A stretch of 64,000 nucleotides of DNA from contig JBAZWW010000001.1 in assembly GCA_041660165.1 (NCBI GenBank), forward strand, positions 169,035 through 233,034. Reading direction: 5' to 3'. Below the pieces are notes generated by a model. It did not search any database. It was not told the DNA's origin and saw nothing but the letters and a program-made list of their open reading frames with translations. Position numbers and translations under genes: made by a program. Positions 38,464-48,141 of this stretch are shown here, one piece after another. Origin of the DNA: Patescibacteria group bacterium (GTDB lineage: Bacteria > Patescibacteriota > Patescibacteriia > UBA9934). Positions within the stretch are counted from its first letter, which is position 1. The number at the start of each line of letters is the position of its first letter.

Positions 38464-39315
38464 ATGAAATCAGGATTCGTTGCCATCATCGGCCGGTCAA
38501 ACGTTGGGAAATCCACCCTCATGAACACCATGGTGGGCTCAAAAGTGGCTATCACTTCCCCAAAACCGCAAACCACCCGCCAGCCCGTCCAGGGCGTTAT
38601 TACGCGTCCCGAAGGCCAGATTGTCTTTGTGGATACCCCGGGTATCATGCAGAAATCCCGCGACCAGCTGACCTCTCGGCTTCTCCAGTACGCCAAGGAG
38701 TCGCTTAGGGAAGTTGATGCCATCATGTACGTGGTCGATCCGACTCGTGCAATCGGCGACGAAGAAAAACAGGCGTTCAAGTTGATTGAAAATATTCAAA
38801 AGCCAAAATTGCTGGTCATCAACAAGGTAGACGACAAATCTTCCCGCAATTTTATTGACTACTACCGGGACCTGGCCAAAAAGTTTGATGCCTACGCGGA
38901 GGTATCCGGCATGACCGGCAAAGACGTTGATACAATCGAGCGCTGGATTTTTACTATTCTCAAAGAGGGCGAGTACATGTATCCCGAGTTTCAGACCACC
39001 AACCTGTCAAATGAAGAATGGATGGCTGAACTAATCCGCGAAAAATTGTATCTCCGCCTGCGCGAGGAGGTTCCGTATTCAACTCATGTGGAAGTCGAGG
39101 AAATCGAAACCCGGAAAAACGGTAGCGTCTACGTGCGCGCCGTGATCTACACCAGCTCCGAACGTTACAAGCCCATGATCATTGGCCGGGGCGGACAAGG
39201 CATCAAGGAAATTGGCCAGTCAACGCGCAATGAGCTAGAAGCCGTCACTGGCCGGAAGCATTATCTGGAACTGGATGTTCAAGTGGATTCTCACTGGGTT
39301 GATAAACTGACGTAA
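38464..39315 (+). CDS. era: GTPase Era
   Basis: G1 motif GRSNVGKST, G3 DTPG, G4 NKVD and a C-terminal KH domain. Confidence 0.9.
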   Translation: MKSGFVAIIGRSNVGKSTLMNTMVGSKVAITSPKPQTTRQPVQGVITRPEGQIVFVDTPGIMQKSRDQLTSRLLQYAKESLREVDAIMYVVDPTRAIGDEEKQAFKLIENIQKPKLLVINKVDDKSSRNFIDYYRDLAKKFDAYAEVSGMTGKDVDTIERWIFTILKEGEYMYPEFQTTNLSNEEWMAELIREKLYLRLREEVPYSTHVEVEEIETRKNGSVYVRAVIYTSSERYKPMIIGRGGQGIKEIGQSTRNELEAVTGRKHYLELDVQVDSHWVDKLT

Positions 39316-40183
39316 TCGAATAGCCAAGAACCTCCTTCAGCTCGGTCAGCGAGAAGAACATTTGCGGGCCAAGGGCCCACGGCAACATGGTTACTTTGAG
39401 AATAATCGGATTATCCGGATTTGCAAGGATCGAGTAATGTGCAAACGCATTGCTGGCCTCGAGCGTCTTTACCTTTACATCTGTCCCATTCAATTGAATC
39501 ACCGCGCTCCCAAAATTTCCGGAGGCGGTGAGTTTTGTAAAATCTTTGTTCGAGGTCGGTTGCTCGGCAATCTTTCCTTGTAGTCTGTCGAGTGCCGATT
39601 TGGCCGAGTCAGAAAAATCAATCACCCCTTTCAGGGTTGAATCGAAGAGTCCGAGCTGAATGTGCGAAGCTCTGGTAGTAGCTAGCTCGTCATACTGCGC
39701 CTTTGAGAGCCACAATAAACTATTGCTCGATTCCGAGACGTCGATCTCCCCTTCCGGCCAATAGGTTGGCAAGAGAATTCTTTCGGCATTATCTAGCGAG
39801 TGTGAACTGACTACGCCTTTTTCCGACACGCCTTCAAGAACCGGTTCAGGAATTTTCACGTCCTCGCCCACGGGCGCATGCGTCATGGCATACTCCCGCG
39901 CACTCTTGCTGGCCTCCGTCTCTCGCTTCACATCCATAGCCCAGGACAACACCGCGTACTTGCCCGCCTGGTGCTCTTCAACCGTGACGTGCTTCACCAG
40001 AGGCGCACCGCCTATACCCCAAGCCGAAATTCCCTGTGACAGATCAAACGAACTACCAAGAGGCAGATCAAGCGCCTCGGCCTCATATTCAACCGCCTGT
40101 TTGCCAAACGGAAGCGCCACACAGCCGGCGCCGAGAAAAAGCAAGATCGAGACCGCCATGGCTATTCGGTGCTGTCCTGGCAT
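39245..40183 (-). CDS. hypothetical lipoprotein
   Basis: Signal peptide with LGAGC. The 3' end overlaps the era 3' end by about 70 nt. Confidence 0.4.
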   Translation of the reverse strand: MPGQHRIAMAVSILLFLGAGCVALPFGKQAVEYEAEALDLPLGSSFDLSQGISAWGIGGAPLVKHVTVEEHQAGKYAVLSWAMDVKRETEASKSAREYAMTHAPVGEDVKIPEPVLEGVSEKGVVSSHSLDNAERILLPTYWPEGEIDVSESSNSLLWLSKAQYDELATTRASHIQLGLFDSTLKGVIDFSDSAKSALDRLQGKIAEQPTSNKDFTKLTASGNFGSAVIQLNGTDVKVKTLEASNAFAHYSILANPDNPIILKVTMLPWALGPQMFFSLTELKEVLGYSITSVYQPSENPLEHPVPDNASGQ

Positions 40184-40189
40184 AGTGCG

Positions 40190-40459
40190 CTATGATCCCA
40201 CCTTCTCTCCCTTCGCCCACGCAATAAGTTTTGCTTTGCTGGCCGACCCGCACAAAAACTCATCTGTTTCTGTGTTATAGAAATATGGCACGCCTCCGCA
40301 CCGGCTCTTATCTACGTCTTCCATTTTTTTCAAATTTTCCTCATCATTCCAAACCTCAAATTTCTCAACGGTGACGCCGAGTTCTTTCTCAACCTCCGCT
40401 ACAAGCGGTTTCATAGTGATGCAATGCGGGCACGTTTCACCGAAATATTCTTGGAGCAT
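40190..40459 (-). CDS. thioredoxin/glutaredoxin-like small redox protein
   Basis: TCPHC active-site motif near the N-terminus; 89 aa. Confidence 0.7.
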   Translation of the reverse strand: MLQEYFGETCPHCITMKPLVAEVEKELGVTVEKFEVWNDEENLKKMEDVDKSRCGGVPYFYNTETDEFLCGSASKAKLIAWAKGEKVGS

Positions 40460-40465
40460 AGAGCA

Positions 40466-40551
40466 TTGTCATCTCGAGCTTAGCGAGAGATCTGAATTGG
40501 CCGACCAATCAGATCTCTCCTTACGTCGGGATGACACAATAATTATGACAA
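40466..40551. repeat. palindromic dispersed repeat copy
   Basis: GTCATCTCGAGCTTAGCGAGAGATCTGAATTGGCCGACCAATCAGATCTCTCCTTACGTCGGGATGAC, just upstream of the thioredoxin-like gene start. Confidence 0.7.
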
Positions 40552-40733
40552 CTCGATTTTACCACGCCTCACGGGAATAAACCCGTCATCCACAAGTCCG
40601 TCGAGGATTTCGTTTAATTGTTCGGGATCCGGAAGTGAAATTTCCTATTTAATGGTATTGCGTCGTAAAACGTTCACCGCCCTGACACCTGAAACCTGAC
40701 ACCTGATTTCCCTCGTGTTACGATCACAGACGT

Positions 40734-41297
40734 ATGCGTCGTTTCATCATCCCCGCCATCATCTTTGTCCTCAGCCTGGGGCTTTTAGTGTTTGCTCGAC
40801 TAAATGCTCCTGAACAAACAAGTGCTCGACTATTTAATATGACCGCCAATCATGGTTTGCTGGCGGTCGAAAATCCCTCACGCCGAGTCATTCACAGAGG
40901 TGAAGATCTCAAAACCGATACAAATGAATGGCGAGCATATAAGATCAGCGTAAACGGAGTCGATACTTTACTTTGGCTCGATGAAAACACGATTCTCACC
41001 TTAGAAGATTCGTCCGGTCCAATGCCAAAATTCGCCTTACGACAAGGACGAGTAGTCGTTCAAAATTCGGCGAGCATAATGGTTCGAAACACTGAAATAA
41101 AAAATTCCGGCACGGTTTCCCTGGTCTTTTATTCATGGCTCGACAAACTCGATGTTGCTTATCTCGAAACCAGCGAGAGCTACACACTCGACACCCTCCA
41201 TCCCGAAACTTCACACGTTGAAACGACATTCAATCCATTCGCGTCTTCTGCGAGTGATTTCTATAAATGGGCGCTCGGTACTCAGTTTCCTAACTAG
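40734..41297 (+). CDS. hypothetical membrane-anchored protein
   Basis: N-terminal TM helix (IIPAIIFVLSLGLLVFA). Confidence 0.4.
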   Translation: MRRFIIPAIIFVLSLGLLVFARLNAPEQTSARLFNMTANHGLLAVENPSRRVIHRGEDLKTDTNEWRAYKISVNGVDTLLWLDENTILTLEDSSGPMPKFALRQGRVVVQNSASIMVRNTEIKNSGTVSLVFYSWLDKLDVAYLETSESYTLDTLHPETSHVETTFNPFASSASDFYKWALGTQFPN

Positions 41298-42637
41298 AGC
41301 TCGAAAATTTCGTTCAGTCTCGGTACGATCACTTCTGCGTTTGAAGACTTGGCCAGGTATTCTTTGAACAATTCTTTCGCGTGCATTTCCCCGTGAACGA
41401 GGAATACTTTTTTAATCGTCCCGGATTTTGCCTGGAGCCAGCGCGCCAATTTCGCTCGGTCGCCATGAGCAGAAAAGGATTCAATCTCGCCAACTTCTGC
41501 GTGAACAGCAATTTCTTCGCCGTAGATTTTCACGCTCGGCACCTTTTCCATGATCTTTCGGCCGAGTGTTCCCGGCGCTTGAAAACCAATAACGAGCAAA
41601 CCCGATTTCTCATCAGGCAGGTATCGGCTCAAATGGTGAAGCACGCGCCCGCCCGTCATCATGCCGTTTCCCGCAATGATAATCTTCGGCCGGTGATCCT
41701 CGTTAATAGCCTTCGATTGATCAACGGCCAGAGTGGTCTTCAGTCCAGGAAAATGATAAAAATCCTTCCCCGCCATAGCGGGATGGTCGAGCAACAAGTA
41801 CTCCGGAAATTTTCGATAAATATCCGTGGCGCGAATGGCCAACGGACTATCCAGGTAGATCGGAACTTGCGGGATCTCCTTCGCCGTAATTAAATTGTCG
41901 AGCTCGTAAAGAAGCTCCTGCGTGCGCTCGACGGAAAAAGCAGGAATAATAAGCGTCCCTTGGCGCCCGATGATTTTCTTTACGAAGTCTGCCAAGTGCC
42001 CAGCTCGAGCTCGCGTGGGTTCATGGTCCCGATCTCCGTACGTGGTTTCACACACCACGTAATCAGCGTGGTGAAGCAACTCCGTCTCGCCAAGGATGGG
42101 CGTGTCATCATTGCCGATATCGCCCGAAAACACCGTGCGCTTTCCTTCGCAATCAACAGAAATAAAGGCCGAGCCAAGAATGTGACCGGCATCATGGAAC
42201 ATAACCGTCACCCCAGGCGCGGGAGAAAATTCCGTGTGGTATCCGATCCCCTGTACCAGCCCCATGGCCTTATCTTTGTCAATCTTCCCATACGGAACAG
42301 GGTCTCCACAGCGCTTGGCGTTCTCCGTCATGATGTTCAGCGAGTCATCAAGAATGATGTTCGCCAAATCTTTGGTGGGCGGAGTCATATAAATCGGACC
42401 ACCATACCCAAGATTCACGAGCTCAGGGAGACGGCCGACGTGATCAAAGTGCGCGTGCGTCACAAGCACGGCCGTGAGCGTCTTTGGCTCAAACGAAAAC
42501 GGATCCAGGCTCCGGAGCATGCACATGCGCTCCCCCTGTTTCATTCCGCAATCAATCAGGATTTTCGCCTCGCCCGTTTCCAGCAAGAAACATGACCCCG
42601 TCACTTCTTCTGTGGCGCCGTGAAAAGAAAGACGCAT
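41294..42637 (-). CDS. MBL-fold beta-CASP family ribonuclease (RNase J / CPSF-like)
   Basis: HAHFDHVG (the HxHxDH metallo-beta-lactamase motif) plus beta-CASP and RMMBL-like C-terminal regions. Confidence 0.75.
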   Translation of the reverse strand: MRLSFHGATEEVTGSCFLLETGEAKILIDCGMKQGERMCMLRSLDPFSFEPKTLTAVLVTHAHFDHVGRLPELVNLGYGGPIYMTPPTKDLANIILDDSLNIMTENAKRCGDPVPYGKIDKDKAMGLVQGIGYHTEFSPAPGVTVMFHDAGHILGSAFISVDCEGKRTVFSGDIGNDDTPILGETELLHHADYVVCETTYGDRDHEPTRARAGHLADFVKKIIGRQGTLIIPAFSVERTQELLYELDNLITAKEIPQVPIYLDSPLAIRATDIYRKFPEYLLLDHPAMAGKDFYHFPGLKTTLAVDQSKAINEDHRPKIIIAGNGMMTGGRVLHHLSRYLPDEKSGLLVIGFQAPGTLGRKIMEKVPSVKIYGEEIAVHAEVGEIESFSAHGDRAKLARWLQAKSGTIKKVFLVHGEMHAKELFKEYLAKSSNAEVIVPRLNEIFEL

Positions 42638-42640
42638 ACG

Positions 42641-42871
42641 CTAACCCTGCGCTTCCAGCCGTTTCATGTACTCGGCAAAACGCGCCTTCAGTACGTCAGC
42701 GTGTGCATCAAGCCCCTGATCATCATGAAGCTCACCGATTTCACGGTGTTCTTCAATCACCTCGTCAACAAGGTCAAAGTACGCCGACTCTTCATTGATC
42801 CCCTGCTCAACCCCGGCCGAAACAACTTCCTCAAACAAGTCCTCAAGTGAAAAGATGATATTTTCCGTCAT
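42641..42871 (-). CDS. hypothetical small acidic protein
   Basis: 76 aa and highly acidic; lies immediately upstream of the beta-CASP RNase with a 3-nt gap. Confidence 0.4.
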   Translation of the reverse strand: MTENIIFSLEDLFEEVVSAGVEQGINEESAYFDLVDEVIEEHREIGELHDDQGLDAHADVLKARFAEYMKRLEAQG

Positions 42872-42950
42872 AGATACGGAAAGTATATACTAGGACGCAT
42901 CAGAGAACGAGGACAGAGCGGGGATAGTCCTCTCGTTGACGCAGATGACC

Positions 42951-42990
42951 ATATTATATAAGATACTTATATAATAAGAGTCTTATATAT
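42951..42990. promoter_or_regulatory. AT-rich palindromic element containing ATAAGAGTCTTAT, upstream of the MarR gene
   Basis: TATATAAGATACTTATATAATAAGAGTCTTATATAT. A paralogous element lies at 47141-47183 upstream of dus, and a related one at 23428-23465. Confidence 0.45.
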
Positions 42991-43038
42991 TCCTCCCTCT
43001 AAGTATCTCCTTTCGTTATTCTCCTTATTCCCTTCTCT

Positions 43039-43476
43039 ATGGCTCCTCCCCTCGAACGATCAAAAGTTCTCGAACAACTCTTTGAGGACTTCGCCATCAT
43101 CAAGCGCAAGTTCTCACGCGAGAGTCCAACGCACGCCCATCTTCTCGCTCACTCGCAGTGGATTGCGCTCGGAATTATCTTCAAGCAAGGCCCGCTGACG
43201 ATTAAGGCGCTGACCAAAGAACTGAACGTCAGCCAAAGTGCCGCTACGCAGGTGGTAGATTCGCTGGTAGAGAAAAAATTGGTGACGCGAATTGAAAACA
43301 AGAAAGACCGCCGAAGCGTGAGTATCATCCTCGCGCCAAGTGCGCGGGCTATGGCCGTCAAGATGAAACAGCGCATCATCAAGAATCTCACGGAAGTTTT
43401 TTCTCCTCTCTCTGATGAGGAGTTCAAAACATACGCCAAGCTTCACCGAAGAATCGCCGAAAATATCAAACCGTAG
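43039..43476 (+). CDS. MarR family transcriptional regulator
   Basis: Winged-HTH region LTIKALTKELNVSQSAATQVVDSLVEKKLVTRIENKKDRRSV. Confidence 0.8.
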   Translation: MAPPLERSKVLEQLFEDFAIIKRKFSRESPTHAHLLAHSQWIALGIIFKQGPLTIKALTKELNVSQSAATQVVDSLVEKKLVTRIENKKDRRSVSIILAPSARAMAVKMKQRIIKNLTEVFSPLSDEEFKTYAKLHRRIAENIKP

Positions 43477-43479
43477 CGT

Positions 43480-45213
43480 ATGAAGTTTCCTCTTTCTAAG
43501 AAATGGATAATGTTCCTGACCGGCCTCGTCCTTGTCATTCTTGCTGTTGGATACTTTGCCACCCGCAGTTCCGGAAAAGAAATCTACGTTACAGACGCCG
43601 TCAAGCGCGCGGATATCAAAAAAACTGTTGACATTACCGGCTCCCTCTCTCCCCTCTCGCATGCAGATTTGAGTTTTCAGTCAAACGGCAACGTGGCCGG
43701 TATTTTTGTGTCCGTAGGCCAGCTAGTAAAAAGGGGCCAGCCGTTAGCCAGTCTGTCCGCTTCTGATCTCTCGGCCGACGCCAGACGCGCGCAGGCTGAC
43801 CTTGATCTTGCCCTGGCCAGTCCTAAACCGGAGGATATTGCCTCTGCAAAGGCGGACGTTACGAGCGCTGACGTAGCCGTACGCAATGCGGAGACTGCGC
43901 TTTCCATCACAAAGACAGTGAATACCGTAGACCTCAAAAATGCGGATGATGCCGTTATCAAAGCAAAAGAAGACCAGGCAACATCGCTTGCAGATACATT
44001 GCGTGCTGTCACGACCGCCCTCCAGACGGGAGTCATTCAAATCCGTACAGGGCTTTCAAAGGCAGACCAGTTGCTCGGTATTGAAAATACGCTATTCAAT
44101 GATGATTTTGAACGGGAATTCAGCGCGGAAAATCCCCAAGCACTTCAGAGCGCAAAGGATGCCTTCGCTAAAGCCGTGGTTGATCGGAATCTGGCGGAAA
44201 CCGCCGTGGTAGCGTCATCCAGCACTGCGATTGCGCTGACCACGCGCGCGCTGGAAGAAACGTCTGACACGCTCCTGTATACCCGGCAGGCGCTTGATGC
44301 CACGGCCGCAGACTCCCAAGCTCTCTCGCTCGACGATATCGTAGCCTATAAAACAACCATTGACACCGCGCGCACAAATGTAGAATCCGCCCGCTCGGCT
44401 CTCTCTACAGCTGTAGATGCACAAACTGCGGAGACAACCGCATCCGCCCACACGGTGCTCACCGCAGAATTAAACGCAGAGAGCGCGCAAGCAAATGCAA
44501 ACAAAGCCGAGGCGAGCGCCAACGCCAACGTGCTCACCACAAAAGCCGAGCTTCAGAAGGCCAACTCAGCCTATGAGAAGGTCATAGCTCCCCCGCGTAA
44601 CGTAGACATTGCTCCGTATCTTGCGTCCCGCGACGGCGCAACAGCCCGCTACCTGAAAACCGAAATCGTCTCGCCCATTGACGGAAAAATTGGCAAAGTG
44701 GATGTGAAGCTTGGCGAGGCCGTCACTACCGGCACCGCCGTCATCTCTGTTGAGCCAACGTCCGCTACCGCCTACGAAGTGGCGGTTGATGTTCCGGAAA
44801 GCGATGTGGCGCATCTGGCGCTTGGCGATACCGCAACTATTACCTTTGACGCCTTTGGCGCCGATGTAGTCTTCACCGGGTCTCTCTCATCGCTTGATCG
44901 TTCTGAAAAATTGATTGAAGGCGTGGTTTTTTATCAGGCAAAAATTGCCGTGACCGATGGCCCGCGCCTGAATGACCTCAGAAACGGCATGTCCGCGGAC
45001 GTCACGGTACTTACTGATTCAAAATCGAATGTCCTCACTGTCCCCACCAGATCAATCCTTGAAATCAACGGCCAAAAACTTGTTCGCATACTTGTCAACG
45101 ATGCAATTCAAGAGAAACCCGTTGTCGTTGGCTTGCGCGGAGATAACAGCATCTCGGAAATCCTCTCCGGCCTGGCGGAGGGAGACGTGGTGGTTGTCAG
45201 CATCAAAAAATAA
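43480..45213 (+). CDS. efflux periplasmic adaptor (HlyD/MacA family) with very long Ala-rich coiled coil
   Basis: N-terminal TM helix, beta-barrel/lipoyl-like ends and about 250 aa of coiled coil. Confidence 0.7.
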   Translation: MKFPLSKKWIMFLTGLVLVILAVGYFATRSSGKEIYVTDAVKRADIKKTVDITGSLSPLSHADLSFQSNGNVAGIFVSVGQLVKRGQPLASLSASDLSADARRAQADLDLALASPKPEDIASAKADVTSADVAVRNAETALSITKTVNTVDLKNADDAVIKAKEDQATSLADTLRAVTTALQTGVIQIRTGLSKADQLLGIENTLFNDDFEREFSAENPQALQSAKDAFAKAVVDRNLAETAVVASSSTAIALTTRALEETSDTLLYTRQALDATAADSQALSLDDIVAYKTTIDTARTNVESARSALSTAVDAQTAETTASAHTVLTAELNAESAQANANKAEASANANVLTTKAELQKANSAYEKVIAPPRNVDIAPYLASRDGATARYLKTEIVSPIDGKIGKVDVKLGEAVTTGTAVISVEPTSATAYEVAVDVPESDVAHLALGDTATITFDAFGADVVFTGSLSSLDRSEKLIEGVVFYQAKIAVTDGPRLNDLRNGMSADVTVLTDSKSNVLTVPTRSILEINGQKLVRILVNDAIQEKPVVVGLRGDNSISEILSGLAEGDVVVVSIKK

Positions 45214-45214
45214 T

Positions 45215-45904
45215 GTGGCCCCGCACCTCATTCAACTCAAAAACATTTCCAAGGAGTACGTGAACGGAGACGTGATCACGCCCGTCCTTCATAACATCAA
45301 CCTGCTCATCGAGCGGGGCGAATTTGTGGCGCTCATGGGGCCGTCCGGAAGCGGAAAATCCACACTCATGCATATTCTGGGATTTCTTGATCAGCCCACC
45401 ACGGGCAAATACGTGTTCAACGGAGAGAACGTGGCCGAAGCCGATGCACACGCCCTAGCCAAACGCCGACTCAAGGACGTGGGTTTCGTTTTTCAAGCCT
45501 TTCATCTCCTCCCCCATGCCACCGTCCTTGAGAATGTAATGTTGCCCCTGGTGTATCAAGGCGTGAGCAATGGCGAGCGCAAACGCGTGGCTATGAAAGC
45601 GCTTGAAGCCGTTGGGCTAGGCGATCGCGCGTCCCACTTGCCCAACCATATCAGCGGAGGCCAGCGCCAGCGCGTGGCGATTGCGCGCGCCCTTGTGAAT
45701 GATCCCTCGGTGATCTTTGCTGACGAGCCTACAGGAAACCTTGACTCAAAATCTTCCGAGCAAGTCATGGAAATCCTCGAAAAACTGCATAAGGATGGCC
45801 GAACAATTGTCATGGTTACCCATGAGCATGACGTGGCCGAACACGCGAAACGCATTCTCCAAATGAAAGACGGGGTCATTCTCAAGGACTCGAAACATCT
45901 ATGA
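45215..45904 (+). CDS. ABC transporter ATP-binding protein (MacB-type ATPase, separate polypeptide)
   Basis: Walker A GPSGSGKST, signature LSGGQRQR and Walker B IFADEPTGNLD. Probable GTG start at 45215 just after the adaptor stop. Confidence 0.85.
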   Translation: MAPHLIQLKNISKEYVNGDVITPVLHNINLLIERGEFVALMGPSGSGKSTLMHILGFLDQPTTGKYVFNGENVAEADAHALAKRRLKDVGFVFQAFHLLPHATVLENVMLPLVYQGVSNGERKRVAMKALEAVGLGDRASHLPNHISGGQRQRVAIARALVNDPSVIFADEPTGNLDSKSSEQVMEILEKLHKDGRTIVMVTHEHDVAEHAKRILQMKDGVILKDSKHL

Positions 45905-47133
45905 ACCTCCGCGATCTCACGGGTTCTGCCACCACGTCCCTCATCCAAAATAAGTCGAGGTCTGTTTTAACGATCCTTGGCATTGTCATTGGTATTGCCG
46001 CCGTCATCCTCATGCTCTCCATTGGCCAAGGCGCCCAAGCACTCATCTTGAACCAGGTGGCGAGTTTGGGATCAGACCAGATATTTATTGCCCCAGGCGC
46101 TAGCGAAACCTCTGGCGGTCCGCCAACCCCATTTGTAAAGCAGTCACTTAAATATAACGACGTCAAAGAGCTTCGCAAGCGAGGCCCGTTTAGCTTTGTG
46201 GCTGCCCAGCTCATTTCTACGGGGACGGTAGAAAGTGCGGATGCCAGCAAGGTGTCATCAATCGTTGGCGCTGATGAATTTCAACTCCTGGTGTTCCCGG
46301 CTGAGGTTGCGTCAGGGCGCTTCCTTGATAACACCGACGTAACAGACTACGCCAAGGTGGCGGTGATTGGCATAGACATTGCCTCAGATCTTTTTGGAGA
46401 CTCAGATCCCATCAACCAAAAAATTACGATCAACAAAGTAAACCTCCGCGTCATTGGCGTCATGGAAAGACAGGGTTCCCGGTTCTTCCAAAATGTGGAT
46501 GGCTATGTGTACCTGCCCGTCACCACCGCGCAACGCGACGTGCTGGGAGTGGACTACATTTCTTACATTGCCGCCCGCGCTACGGGAGACCTGGTGTACG
46601 CCAAAGAGGAGGCAACGATGATCATGCGGGACCAGCACGATATTAACAATCCCCAAAATGACCTCTCAAAAGATGACTTTCACATCCAGAGCCAGGAAGA
46701 CGCGGTGGCCACCATTGGCATAGTTGGGACCGCGCTCAGCGTGCTTTTGGCATCTATCGCTGCTATCTCGCTCTTGGTTGGCGGAATCGGCATCATGAAC
46801 ATCATGCTCGTGTCTGTAACTGAACGCACCAAAGAAATCGGTCTGCGAAAAGCTATTGGCGCAACCGAGCAAGAAATCCTCCGCCAGTTCCTGCTCGAAG
46901 CCGTCATCCTCACCTCATTCGGCGGAGTGGTGGGCGTCCTTCTTGGCGTGACAGCCTCCTATCTCATCGCTTTCGGCGCCTCGTACTTCGTAGCGGGCTG
47001 GCGCGTGATTATCCCGCCATCTGCGATTGTTGCCTCCGTCCTTGTCTCTACCGCCGTCGGCCTCGGCTTCGGCTACTATCCAGCGCGTCGAGCAGCTAAA
47101 CTGGATCCGATTGAGGCGCTCAGATATGAATAA
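45901..47133 (+). CDS. ABC transporter permease (FtsX/MacB family)
   Basis: N-terminal TM helix, large periplasmic domain and a C-terminal FtsX 3-TM bundle. ATGA start-stop overlap. Confidence 0.85.
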   Translation: MNLRDLTGSATTSLIQNKSRSVLTILGIVIGIAAVILMLSIGQGAQALILNQVASLGSDQIFIAPGASETSGGPPTPFVKQSLKYNDVKELRKRGPFSFVAAQLISTGTVESADASKVSSIVGADEFQLLVFPAEVASGRFLDNTDVTDYAKVAVIGIDIASDLFGDSDPINQKITINKVNLRVIGVMERQGSRFFQNVDGYVYLPVTTAQRDVLGVDYISYIAARATGDLVYAKEEATMIMRDQHDINNPQNDLSKDDFHIQSQEDAVATIGIVGTALSVLLASIAAISLLVGGIGIMNIMLVSVTERTKEIGLRKAIGATEQEILRQFLLEAVILTSFGGVVGVLLGVTASYLIAFGASYFVAGWRVIIPPSAIVASVLVSTAVGLGFGYYPARRAAKLDPIEALRYE

Positions 47134-47172
47134 TCTTCGAAATTTATATAAGTATCTAATATAATAAGAGAC

Positions 47173-48141
47173 TTGTCTATTATGGATCTCGATTGGAAAT
47201 CCCTCCCCCGCCCGATTATCGCCCTTTCCCCCATGGCTGACATGACGGACTCGGCTTTTTGCCGTTTGGTGAAAAAACTCAGTGGAGTTGACGCACCGGT
47301 TGTGTTTCGCGAGATGGTGTCGAGCGAGGCCGTAGTTCGCGGGAACGAAAAAACCCTCGGCATGACTGCCATTCATCCCGACGAGAGACCGCTCGTTCAA
47401 CAAATCTTCGGTTCAGATCCCTCAACGATGGCGGAAGCCGGTAGAATTATCGAGGCCGAGCATCACCCCGAAGGCTTTGATATCAACATGGGCTGTCCCG
47501 TGTACAAAATCGTCCACAATTTTAACGGCGCAGCGCTCATGAAGGATCCCGCCCTAGCCGGCCGAATTATCGAAGCAATGAAAAAGGCCATCACCGTTCC
47601 CCTCTCCGTGAAAATCCGCCTTGGCTGGTCAGACCCCCGCGAGTGCCTCGAGTTCGTAAAAGTACTCGAAGAAGCTGGCGCTGATCTCATCACCATTCAT
47701 GGTCGAACAAAAACCCAAGGTTACTCCGGCGTGGCTGACTGGGCCATGGTTGGCGAGGCAAAAAAACAAGTGAAGATTCCCGTGCTTTGTAACGGCGACG
47801 TTCATACCGCCGAACGGATCGTCGAGGCTCTTAAAGTGTCCGGCGCTGACGGCGTCCTAATCGCTCGTGGCGCCCTTGGCAACCCCTGGATCTTCCGCGA
47901 CTACGCCCTGCTGGCCAGGGGCGAGACTCCGCCCGTCATCACACTCGAAGAACGCATCAGAATAGTGAAACGGCACCTCGACCTACATCTCGAAGAGTAC
48001 GGCGACCACGGTGTCCACACCTTCCGCAAGCATCTCTCTTGGTACTTCAAAGGTCTTCCTGGCGCCAAGGCATATAGAGACCCCATGATGCGGGCTAATA
48101 CAAAGGACGAGCTGCTGAAAATATTAAATGAGGTAAAATAA
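47173..48141 (+). CDS. dus: tRNA-dihydrouridine synthase
   Basis: IALSPMADMTDSAFCRL and DINMGCP motifs. Confidence 0.85.
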   Translation: MSIMDLDWKSLPRPIIALSPMADMTDSAFCRLVKKLSGVDAPVVFREMVSSEAVVRGNEKTLGMTAIHPDERPLVQQIFGSDPSTMAEAGRIIEAEHHPEGFDINMGCPVYKIVHNFNGAALMKDPALAGRIIEAMKKAITVPLSVKIRLGWSDPRECLEFVKVLEEAGADLITIHGRTKTQGYSGVADWAMVGEAKKQVKIPVLCNGDVHTAERIVEALKVSGADGVLIARGALGNPWIFRDYALLARGETPPVITLEERIRIVKRHLDLHLEEYGDHGVHTFRKHLSWYFKGLPGAKAYRDPMMRANTKDELLKILNEVK

